From positions 42,346,001-42,410,000 of the forward strand of contig CM126226.1 in the NCBI GenBank assembly GCA_052327205.1: a DNA stretch of 64,000 bases. Reading direction: 5' to 3'. The position numbers and the translations under genes were made by a program. How positions within the stretch are numbered: position 1 is the first letter of the stretch; every line of letters starts with the position of its first letter. Below the pieces are notes generated by a model. It was not told the origin of the DNA, ran no database searches, and was given only the letters and a program-made list of their open reading frames with translations. The DNA comes from Somniosus microcephalus (taxonomy: Eukaryota). Shown here one piece after another: positions 48,509-59,218 of the stretch.

Positions 48509-49295
48509 AGAAGATGACGCAAATCAAGAATCAGTGGTTAGGTGACACCAAGCTTGGACTTTAAAGGCCTATAGATTGTGGGAGGGAGGAAAAACTAAGG
48601 ATGTTCAGGAGATACAGTTTTTAGAAGCTGCTAAAGATTAAGTCTGAGTAGGACTCATGGTGCTGTCGCCTATCTTAAATCATTCTTAATCAGAACCTTA
48701 AAACCATGGCACTCCTCCTCTCTAAATTTTCCCTGCCCCCTACAACACAGGGCTGGATTTTCTCAATGGAGGAATGATGGAGGCGGGACTGCTGCTTGCT
48801 GGGTTTATGTCCCACCTCCATCAGCCTCTGGCCAGCCAGTGGGATTTTCCCCTGATTGACCTTGTTAAGCCCGCCCAGCGGGCTCAGCAGGCCATTAGGG
48901 GGAAGTCACTGACAGAGCACGTCAATGTCTGACGTGCTATCTGTCAAGATTTCTTGAAAGAAGAAACGTCAGCGTTTGACAGCTCTGTGAAGCTGTCAAA
49001 CACTGACATTCTGGGCTGGATTTTGTCAGTGTGGGCAGGCTGGGACGTGTCAGATGGAAATCGTTTCAGGACCCCGCCTCCTAAGTGAAGTGTTGAAAAA
49101 GTGGGATTTTCCCCTAATTGGGCAATTGATTTCCTGTGTGTGGGAACCCTTGGCCCAATTAGTCTTTTCATAAAGAAAGTCGCCTCCGATGATGTCATCA
49201 ATGCTGCTGGATTTAAGACCTGCAAGCAGCCTTGCTTCTTCTGGAGACTGCAAAGGCTCTGCAAATTGTATGAAGGGGGAGTTGATTTCCCGACA

Positions 49296-52200
49296 ATGTC
49301 CACGATCAAGCAAAAGTGTGCTCCGTGATTTGATGAGCCCTCCCTCCAAGCTCTGGTGCACGGAGCCAGATGCAATAAGGAGGTGCTGTTCCCTTCCTCA
49401 GGGAGAAAAAAGCCACCCCAGCAGACAAAAGCTGTGTGGCTACAAGTGGCCTAGGAGGTCAGCTCCATTTCGCTGAGCTGCAGAACCTGGCTGCAATGCA
49501 GGAAGCGGTTTCATGACCTTCTCCGCACAGGAAAAGTGAGTAGGATTTTCCCATTACCCTCAATCTGATCCCCATTGCCTCTCCTCACCAGCACTCTGCT
49601 TTGCCAACCTCTTCCTCCACATCCCACTTGACACTTACATGCCTGCACCCTTACCCATTCCCTCTCTCTCTAAGGTCACATTCACTTAACTATTCGACCA
49701 TGCAGCCCTCACACTCCCTATCACTGTGATGCCATGACAACAACAACTTTCAACACACAGGGAGGGTCCTTTGTATCCTTCTAAGCATCTATGCTATGCA
49801 TTCTCTACACTCACTCCTTCATTCTCACTCAAACTCCACTTGTGTCCCTCATTGCAGGAAAAGAGAGCCCACAATAAGAGGGAAAGAGCCATGACAGGAG
49901 GAGGGCCACCCTCAGTAGCCCAGCTCACCGCCTGGGAGGAGGCGGCCCTGGAAATCACCGGGATCGAGGAGGATTCCCAAGTGGGGGACGGACAAATGGG
50001 CGCATCGCAGCAAGCTGGTGACAGAATAGTTTGGCATCTCTCTCATTGACATTGCATGAGTCACTGATAATGAATCTGATGCTCTAACAGATTGACTTAT
50101 GATCATCTGCACTATTCAATGTTCATGTAACCTTGACCTCACAGCTCTAACTCTTTCCTTTACTCCCCCACAGGACCATGAAAAGCCCCCATCCCCACTG
50201 TCCAGGAGGAAGAGCCTGAGCTTCCAGACTCCTCCGAGGAAGTTGCAACCTCTGAGGGTGCAGCGTCAGCAAAATTCAGAGCATCCAGCACCAGCGCAGA
50301 CACTCACACCTCGGTGGGACCTTCGCGATATAGAGTAGTGTTGGCACCTGGTGTATCACAGCTCACAAGTGAGCATCAGTAGATGGTGGAGACAGGGACA
50401 GCAGTGGAGAGTCCTTGTCGGAGGGCGCAGGACTCTGCCAGCTCGGCTTAGCTGCATGTCGACCCTGTGCCTCCAGGTCCATCCAGAGGGAGAGCGGTGC
50501 TAGTACTCCAGGAACAGGTGCAGTAGTCTCTGGCAGCTTTTGTCTCCAGGGTCGCTGCGAGTGTCGAGCGAATGGAGCAGTCCATCGTGAACATGAGCAG
50601 AGCCTTTGTGGAGGCATTGGCGCATGAACGCATCATCACGGAAAGGATGGCAACCTCCATGGAAAGGATGGCTACAGTAGAGGAGAGGATGGCTATGGCC
50701 ATGGAGAAGCTAAGTCGCCAGAGTGTAGAAAACATGGTCATTGTTCAGAATAGACTGACATCTCTGGAGGAGCGATGGTCAGCTATTGAGCATAGAAACC
50801 AGACCTTCATGGAAGTCCTCTGGAGTAGGACTTCCAGTGCAGAAAAGGGTCCTCATGGCCCCCCTGAAGTGCAGCAAGGTGCTGTCAAGCCAGTTGCTAG
50901 CTCTGAAGTGGGGCTGACCCATGAGAGGGATGTTGGTGGCAGAAAATAGATTAAAGGGTGAGACGATACATGATCAGTGGTGTACATTTAAGGAGTTATT
51001 TTACAACTTCCAAAAAATATATATTTCACTGAGAAGAAAAGGGTGTAAAAGAAAAGACAGCCATCCGTGGCTAAGTAAAGAAATTAAGGATAGTATTCGA
51101 ATAAAAACAAGGGCATATAAGGTAGCCAAATCTAGTGGGTGGATAGAGGATTGGGAAAACTTTAAAAGACAGCAAAAAATAACAAAAAGATTGATTAAGA
51201 AAGGGAAGATAGATTATGAAAGTAAATTAGCAAAAAATATAAAAACAGATAGTAAGAGTTTTTATAGTTATATAAAAAGAAAAAGGGTGGCTAAAGTAAA
51301 TGTTGGTCCCTTAGAGGATGAGACCGGGAAATTAATGGTGGGAAATATGGAGATGGCAAAAACACTGAATGAACATTTTATATCAGTCTTTACAGTAGAA
51401 GACACTAAGAATATCCCAACACTGGACAAACAGGGGGCTAAAGGGGGGGAGGAGCTAAACACGATCAAAATCACTAAGGAAGTGGTACTCGGTAAAATAA
51501 TGGGACTCAAGGCGAATAAATCACCTGGACCTGATGGCTTACATCCTAGGGTCTTGAGGGAAGTGGCGGTAGGGATTGTGGATGCATTGGTAATAATTTT
51601 CCAAAACTCCCTGGACTCAGCAAAGGTCCCGGCAGACTGGAAAACTGCTAATGTAACACCCTTATTTAAAAAGGGCAGTAGACAGAAGGCTGGAAACTAT
51701 AGACCGGTTAGCCTAACACCTGTGGTAGGTAAAATTTTGGAGTCCATTATTAAGGAGACAGTAACAGGACATTTGGATAATCATAATTTAATAGGACAAA
51801 GTCAGCATGGTTTTATGAAGGGGAAGTCATGTTTGACAAATTTGCTGGAGTTCTTTGAGGAAGTAACATATAGGGTGGATAAAGGGGAACCAGTGGACGT
51901 AGTGTATTTAGACTTCCAAAAGGCATTTGACAAGGTGCCACACAAAAGATTATTGCTTAAGATAAAAAATCACGGGATTGGGGGTAATATTCTGGCATGG
52001 ATAGAGGATTGGCTATCTAACAGAGGCAGAGAGTTGGGATAAATGGTTCATTCTCAGACTGGCAATCAGTAACTAGTGGTGTTCCGCAGGGGTCAGTGCT
52101 GGGTCCCCAACTCTTTACAATCTATATTAACGATTTGGAGGAGGGGACCGAGTGTAACATATCAAAGTTTGCAGATGATACTAAGATGGGAGGGAAAGTA

Positions 52201-53537
52201 GTGAGTGAGGAGGACATAAAAATCCTGCAAGGGGACATAGACAGGCTAAGTAAGTGGGCAGAGATTTGGCAGATGGAATACAATACTGGAAAGTGTGAGG
52301 TTATGCACTTTGGCAGGAAAAATCGTAGAGCAAGTTATTATCTTAATGGCAAGAAACTGGAAAGTACTGAAGTACAAAGGGATCTGGGGGTCCTGGTGCA
52401 CGAAACTCAAAAGGTTAGTATGCAGGTGCAGCAAGTGATTAAGAAGGCCAGTGGAATGTTGGCTTTCATTGCTAGGGGGATAGAATATAAAAATAGGGAG
52501 GTATTGCTTCAGTTGTACAAGGTATTGGTGAGACCGCACCTGGAATACTGCGTACAGTTTTGGTGTCCATACTTAAGAAAGGACATACTTGCTCTCGAGT
52601 CAGTACAAAGAAGGTTCACTCGGTTAATCCCGGGGATGAGGGGATGGACATATGAGGAGAGGTTGAGTAGATTGGGACTCTACTCATTGGAGTTCAGAAG
52701 AATGAGAGGCGATCTTATTGAAACATATAAGATTGTGAAGGGGTTGGATCGGGTGGATGCGGGGAGGATGTTCCCGATGATGGGTGAAACTAGAACTAGG
52801 GGGCATAGTCTTAGAATAAGGGGCTGCTCTTTCAAAACTGAGATGAGGAGGAACTACTTCACTCAGAGGGTGGTAGGTCCATGGAATATGCTGCCCCAAA
52901 AAGCTGTAGAAGCTACATCATTACATAAATTTAAAACAGAAATAGACAGTTTCCTAGAAGTAAAGGGAATTAAGGGTTACGGGGAGCGGGCAGGAATTTG
53001 GACATGAGTCTAGGTTCGGATCGGTCATGGCCCTGTGGGTAGAGGAGTGGGCCCAGGGGCCGTGTAGCCTGATCCTGCTCCTATTTCGTGTGTCTAATTC
53101 TGTTAGATTCAGGAGATGGTTCTGTGATAGTAGATTGGCGGTTAGGATCAGATCAGCCATGATCTTATTGAATGGCGGAGCAGGCTCGAGGGGCCGATTG
53201 GCCTACTCCTGCTCCTATTTCTTATGTTCTTATGTTCTTATAACAAGGAAGTGGGGGCTCCTCTCCAAGCGCTCACACGACCATGCCACTGCAAAGCCCT
53301 CGGTCAGAGCCCCACCAGAGTCCTCACCCAACTGAGATGGGCGTCTCAGCCCCTGCACAGCCGCAGGAGCAGCAGACTGTTGCCGAGCCCTCACAGGTTC
53401 GCAACCCCAGAGGACGGCTGCCAAAGGTGTCGAGACAGGAGCAGCAAGAAAGTGAGCAAGGGGCCTCCACATCTGCTGAAGCCACAGGGGAAGCACCACA
53501 TAGGAGCATGCGTAAGAGGAAGATAATGCACAAGTAG
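49296..53537 (+). pseudogene. Harbinger Myb/SANT-like gene, 3 exons (49296-49535, 49858-50017, 50174-53537 split by a LINE)
   Basis: AP*FDEPSLQALV..WLQVA*EV..RTWLQCRKRFHDLLRTGK|EKRAHNKRERAMTGGGPP..LTAWEEAALEI; several in-frame stops compatible with CGA>TGA and CAG>TAG; basic C-terminus RSMRKRKIMHK*. Confidence 0.85.
50942..53241 (+). mobile_element. Young 5'-truncated CR1 (HER1-like) LINE; RT ORF with a single frameshift near 52025
   Basis: ORFs 50921-52042 and 52096-53007: KSPGPDG, NYRPVSL, QHGF, DFQKAFDKVPH, GVPQGSVLGP, FADD, RPHLEY; (TATGTTCT)n tail; endonuclease domain absent. Confidence 0.97.
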
Positions 53538-53795
53538 TCACAAGGGTAGTCACTTAGGTGTTATGTTGTGTTTATTTTTGAAATGCCACCAGTTGCTTGT
53601 TGTGATAACAAATTCTGATGCTAAACTGTTGAAGTTGTGGCCTGTGTCATTTCGCAAATGGGACTTCCACATTGAGGGCTAAGGGTGACTTGCAATTGTC
53701 ATTATGGTGGTCAAAGTGATAGGAATCGGCAGGTTCTTGTCCATTGTCGATGCTCTGGTAAGAAGGTGCGAGGCAAAAGTGTTTCATTGTACAGG

Positions 53796-54022
53796 CTAAG
53801 CAAATGTGACCAACATGAGTGCGTCCCTTGCATCCCGGGCAGCAGTATGGTTGCGCTCTGGCGCCTTCTGGCCTATGCATCTTCAGGTGGGTGACTAGCA
53901 GCTTGGCGCTACTGTTGATGCTCCTGATGTTGGTGCTGCTGTTGCTCATGGTTCTGCTGCTGCCGCGGCTGGTCTTCATCCGAATCTGATGTCCAGGAGG
54001 AAAGGACTTAAATCGTCGCCAT
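53796..54022 (-). pseudogene. Probable internally deleted HARBI1-like transposase (N- and C-terminal stubs only)
   Basis: Minus strand MATI*VLSSWTSDSDEDQPRQQQNHEQQQHQH.. joined to ARDARDALMLVTFA*; position and convergent orientation fit a second Harbinger gene; no DDE core. Confidence 0.45.
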
Positions 54023-55604
54023 GCTTCTGGTATATGCCTCAGTTGAGGAAGTGCTTAGTCAAGGTGGGGAGAGGGGTTTCCCAGGAGGTCACACTGGAGA
54101 TGGGTGTCAGGCTCCAAACTTCCACAACACTGAGTATGCCTGCTAAAAGTTGCCCCAGACCTGAAACAACAAAGTTCTCCCACCTGCAAACGATTATTGG
54201 TGAAAACTCCTTTGTAATGGTGGAGCTGCAGCTGTTCGTAAGCAATCCACTTATGAGGCCACCAGCATTACCTGGCGTGTTCCAGAGGAGGCGTGTAGGA
54301 AGGGGGAACTGTGTTAAAATCAGAAAGGCCTCTCAAAATGGGATTATAGAGGTATTTAAGTGGTTGTTAAGGGCCGATCCTGCCTCTTGGAGGCGGGATG
54401 GAAAGCGGGTCAGAAAACACACATTTGGGAAAATTGCTCGGAGGCGGGATCGGGCCTGCCCGTCATTTTTGGCAATTTTAACAACTCACACGCCTCCAAT
54501 CCCGCCTCCTCGGGCTTGGCAAAATCGAGCCCTCTGTGTAGTTTGATGAGTCCTTGCACCCATCACTCACCTCTACATCTCACTTTCAGACTCCTCTGAC
54601 CCCCGCAGACCTCCTACTCAACTCTTCCACCCCGGCAGGGTTCTCCGAGGTCGGGAAGCCCGCACTTGAAAAGGTAAAATGGGACTATTCCTTTTTTCTG
54701 CCTGTTAACTACCTGTCCGGGGCAGGAGGCCTTCCCGTGTCCTGGCAAAAGGGGACGGAGGCATGATGGGGGCGGGTTTGCCAGCCGCCCCTACATTCCG
54801 CAACTTTACCGGCAGTCCCGCCTCCATACCTGCCTCCTCGGGGCTGACAAAATCCAGCCCACAGACTTTCAAAACCCAAACGTGGTGTCAACCAACCACT
54901 GCTTCTTCATTTAACTCATCTTCTCTGCCACTTTTTCTCAACCTTGGTGGTTAGTGGCCTGCATCTATGGGCCTCACCCCTTCACCATGATCTCAACACA
55001 ATGAGATGTGGGGAGGAGGTGGAGTGAATCAGAAGGGATGACAAAAGTTTCAATCCGAGTTGTACTTTTCCCCACAGAAAATAATCTGGATTTCAGAGAT
55101 CGTCTATACATTTCAATTTAAAGAAAAATGATTTAATATTGGCCATTTAGTGGCTGGTGGATCCCACCACAAACAGCTGGAATTTCTAAGAGAATGGCGT
55201 CTATTTCTCTTTCAGTCTATCCTCGGGCTGCACTTCAAAAAAAAATAACCTCACAAAATAAAACTTACACAAATTCTTTTTCAATGTCCTGTTGCCATCA
55301 CATGACGTTTCTCACAGTCTTTGTAGTTAATTTATTGGAAGAAGATGTCCACAGTCGTGAAGATGTTAGAATCGCTACATTTATGCTACTTAACACAATG
55401 CTTTGAGGGATGAAGGAATGTTTCATATTTTTCCTATGGTCTTCTATATGTTTCTTATTAAAGCAGAAGTCTTCTGTACAGTAATGTTTGAAACTGGGAG
55501 GTTTTGATTGGTCTTGAGCCAAAATAGTAAAAGGGATCGATGAATTTTGTGCTCATCAAGGTGAGGGATGTTAGTGCCGGGGAATGGAACACTTTCCATT
55601 CAGG

Positions 55605-55874
55605 CATCAAACACTCCCAGGGCAGGTACAGCACGGGTTAGATACAGAGTAAAGCTCCCTCTACACTGTCCCATCAAACACTCCCAGGGCAGGTACAGCA
55701 CGGGTTAGATACAGAGTAAAGCTCCCTCTACACTGTCCCATCAAACACTCCCAGGGCAGGTACAGCACGGGTTAGATACAGAGTAAAGCTCCCTCTACAC
55801 TGTCCCATCAAACGCTCCCAGGTCAAGTACAGCACGGGTTAGATACAGAGTAAAGCTTCCTCCTACACTGTCCC
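55605..55874 (+). repeat. 67-bp tandem repeat, 4 copies
   Basis: Unit CATCAAACACTCCCAGGGCAGGTACAGCACGGGTTAGATACAGAGTAAAGCTCCCTCTACACTGTCC starting at 55605, 55672, 55739 and 55806. Confidence 0.97.
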
Positions 55875-56277
55875 TTGGGGTTATTAACTGGGTGTAAATT
55901 AAGCTTCCTCTATTCTGTCCTACAATGTACCTCAACTCTAACTTCAGAACTGCGTCCCTATTGTAGTAGTGTGACACAATCCCATTTTCCACATCAGCAG
56001 CCATTCTGTGACATCCTTGAGTGCAAGTGCCAAAAGTGGGTTGAGACTGTTAATCTCATTTCACACAACGCCCTTACAACCAGCAGATACTTCCATCCCA
56101 TCAGTCCAGGAAGCATTTGAACACAGATCCCAGAGCTGAAAGGCCATTGTTTAACACTCAGTTTTTGGTTAAGGCTGGTGATGACAGTAAAATGTGGTTT
56201 GCACAACTGGAAGAGCAGATTCTCTTTGTGGGACAAGGTTCCTTGTTGTTGACTGAACATTAATAGAACTAGAAGAC

Positions 56278-56645
56278 TACAAATTGCATTCATTTAGCAC
56301 TTTATCACCTCTCTCAGGATGCACTTTACATATAATTAATTACTATTTTGAAGCACTATTGCTATGTAGGTGAACACGGCAGCCATTTTACGCACAGCAA
56401 GGTCCCACAAATGAATGGCCAGTGAAACTATTGCTGCTGGTGTTGTTTGAGGGGTGAATGTTGGCCAAGAGCTTGAGATCCCTTCTTTGAAAAATGCCAT
56501 GGCACCTTTCATATCCACCTGTGCAGGCAGACGGCACCTCAGTTAATGTCTCATCCAAAGGACAGCACCTCCACTCCACGGTACTACAGTGGAGTGTCAG
56601 TCCAGATTATTTAGTCAAATCCTGCATTCGGCCTTCTAACTTAGA
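56278..56645 (-). mobile_element. Deu-domain SINE, degenerate
   Basis: Deu core CACGGCAGCCATTTTACGCACAGCAAGGTCCCACAAA. Confidence 0.75.
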
Positions 56646-57965
56646 GTTGAGTGCTGAAGCATTCAGGGATACCAATATGATAATGTAAATGGATTTCCAG
56701 CATGTTTTTACTTGATTTTTTTTAATGAGCTGTTTAGATAAGTTTCTCCCTTTCTTTGTAGTTTTGTCCTACTTTCTTTGCCCACTTGGCCTGACACCTG
56801 TAGCTGAGGAGCACTAGCCATGCCCCTGGCCCACTGACAGTGCCCCGTAGCCACCAGAATGCACCAGGGGCTAGCTAGGTGAGAACTTTCCTTCTAATCA
56901 CCCCCCTCCCCACCCACTCACTGAGAAATGCTGGAAAATCTGCACAGATCAAGAGACAAACGTTGCACCAGGAGTGAAAATTTGTAAAATTACCCTTACA
57001 TTCTCACTGCGTTCTCCTACTTTAACTCAATCATTCCCAGGACCTCTAAATGTGGAATTCCTCACCTCCCTCAGTGTCCCCTTCCTCCTACAATCTACAA
57101 GCTTTTAAGACTCAAGCTTCGACTCACCTTACCACTATAACCTCTCTCCTGCTCTTTTCAACCTTAGAGGGGAGCACTACAGGCCTAAGCCTTGCACCCG
57201 AGTTTCAACTAAAGCAGTGTGAGACAGCGCCCAGCCCAGACCAGGTGTGTCACAGTAGATGCTAAAAGTAACATTTACATAAATTTAAAATGACATTCTA
57301 TCAAAATAATTATCTTACCCTTGCTTTGTTTGGCCTGCATAAAGGCTCTTCACATTGCTCTGACAGGTAATAAGTTTAATCTTAAGACAGTACACAGGTG
57401 TATATAAATACCACAGATGGTGACACAGCGCTCTAGAATGTGTTAATTGATTAAACTGTGATTTAGGGTACTTACTAATGATGCAACATTCAAGTAAAGG
57501 GCATAGCCACCCACTGAGGGCGAAGTCTTGTACGGTTGATACGCGAGTAATTGTTTGGTCAGATATCAGCAAGTTTAAACTTTAGGTAACTAAAGTGTTG
57601 AAATCTTACTATGTGAGCCTCATCATAATCACATTAACAATTTGTTTTTCTGTTATTTTAAAGGTGTAAATGGGTTAACATACTTAATGTCAGCTGTGGC
57701 TCAGTGGTCTCGCCTCTGGGTCAGAAGGTTGTGGGTTGAAGCCCCACTCCAGAGACCTGAGCACATAATCTAGACTGACACTCCGGTGCAACGCTGAGGG
57801 AGTGCTACACTCTGCCAGATGCTGTCTTTCGGTTGAGACATTAAACCACTGTCTGTCCTTTCAGGGAGTCGTAAAAGATCCCGTGGCACTATTCAAAGAA
57901 CAATGGATGAGTTCTCCTGGCCAACATTTTTCCCTCAACCAACATCATTTAAAAACTTGTCTTGT

Positions 57966-58088
57966 CAGTAATTTTTGTGTGGGTTCTCCCGACCTTGCTC
58001 AGTAACTTCGACGTACGTTTACACTGTTTCTGGCATTTCTACCGAAGTTACGGCAGGGGGTCTGGGAACCCCCACAAGAATTGTACCC
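57966..58088. mobile_element. Mini-MITE related to 12315-12404
   Basis: Inverted arms AATTTTTGTGTGGGTTCTCCCGACC..GTAACTTCG / CGAAGTTAC..GGTCTGGGAACCCCCACAAGAATT. Confidence 0.65.
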
Positions 58089-58142
58089 GATCATTTATCT
58101 CATTGCTGTTTTGTGGGTCCTTGCTGTGTGCAAATTGGTTGC

Positions 58143-58355
58143 TGTTAAATCCATGAATCTTGAGGTATGGTGTTCTTCAATAAATAGACGGAGACTGCAG
58201 ATGAACAATCAACAGGTGTTTACTGGATGAGGGTATTCTAAAAACTAACAGTACAGATCCCTACTCAGGGTTTATATACAGGTGTGGTCACTGCCGGTAC
58301 TACAGTATACAGGAGCTGTAAAAGTAGTTCTCCTCTTAAAGGTACATACACTACA
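58143..58355 (-). mobile_element. Solo LTR (213 bp), probably Gypsy- or BEL-type
   Basis: TG...CA termini, 5-bp TSD GTTGC/GCTGC, minus-strand TATATAAA and AGTAAA; interrupts the SINE Deu core cleanly. Confidence 0.75.
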
Positions 58356-58419
58356 GCTGCCACGTTTCCTACATTAGTACTACACTTCAAAAGTAATTCA
58401 TTGGCTGTAAAACGCTTTG

Positions 58420-58835
58420 AAAGAAAGACTTGCATTTATATAGCGTCTTTCACGACCACTGGACATCCCAAAGCGCTTTACAGCCAATGAAGTACTTTTT
58501 GAAGTGTAGTCACTGTTGTAATGTAGGAAACGCGGCAGCCAATTTGCACACAGCAAGTTCCCACAAACAGCAATGTGATAATGACCAGATAATCTGTTTT
58601 AGCGATGTTGATTGAGGGTTAAATATTGGCCTGGAAACCAAGGAGAACTCCACTGCTCTTCTTCGAAATAGTGTCATACGATCTTTTACGTCCACCTGAG
58701 AGAGCAGACAGGGCCTCAGTTTAACATCTCATCCGAAAGACAGCACCTCCGACAGTGCAGCACTCCCTCACTACTGCACTAGAGTGTCAGCCTAGATTTT
58801 TGTGCTCAAGTCTTTGGAGTGGGACTTGAACCCAC

Positions 58836-58866
<31 letters not shown>

Positions 58867-58883
58867 ACTGAGCCACGGCTGAC
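58420..58883 (-). mobile_element. Full-length young Deu-domain SINE, antisense inside another copy
   Basis: A box TGGCTCAGTGG, B box GGTTCAAGTCC; TSD ACGCTTTG / ATGCTTTG. Confidence 0.95.
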
Positions 58884-59091
58884 ATGCTTTGGGACATCCT
58901 GAGGTGATGAAAGGCTCTATATAAATGCAGGCTCTCCCTTTATTAAAATATTAGACAGAGGAATTTCATGTGAAGGATTAATACGTTTGCAACTGAATGC
59001 TTCTCTGCGTGATTTCAACCCACTGATGTCTTTCTGTACAAGTGCCCTGTTCAAAGCCTATGTGGTGACAATGGAATTAATGAACATAAGA

Positions 59092-59218
59092 ATGGAAAAT
59101 GCTAGAAATACAGCACAGGTCTGTCAGCATCTGAAAGGGGAAGACAGGCTAATGTTTCGGGTCTCTTTCAGCTGCTGATGGACCCGTTGTGCATTTCCAG
59201 TTTTTGCTGCAGATTCCC
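59092..59218. mobile_element. Penelope pseudo-LTR remnant, inverted arms
   Basis: GAAAATGCTAGAAATA..CAGGTCTGTCAGCATCTG..AATGTTTCGGGTC then GCTGATGGACCCGTTGTGCATTTCCAG. Confidence 0.55.

Larger units (their letters stand above)
49013..54532 (+). mobile_element. Inner Harbinger transposon (Myb gene, transposase stub, CR1 insertion)
   Basis: TIRs GGGCTGGATTTTTGTCA / TGGCAAAATCGAGCCC; TSD TCT (49010-49012, 54533-54535). Confidence 0.9.
48750..54860. mobile_element. Outer Harbinger-type MITE (~590 bp of own sequence: 48750-49012 + 54536-54860)
   Basis: TIRs GGGCTGGATTTTC / CAAAATCCAGCCC; TSD ACA/ACA; left arm homologous to the reverse complement of 41353-41618. Confidence 0.85.
57689..58941 (+). 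mobile_element. Deu-domain SINE hosting three nested insertions
   Basis: Head 57689-57955, Deu core 58090-58142 and 58356-58419, tail 58884-58941. Confidence 0.85.

Noticed and set aside
50921-53007. Active reverse transcriptase gene
   Set aside because: 5'-truncated, no endonuclease domain or promoter, and a frameshift near 52025 (which could be a sequencing error, but the copy would still be non-autonomous)
58815-58883. tRNA gene
   Set aside because: The A and B boxes belong to a SINE head that continues into SINE body; no proper acceptor stem or terminator seen
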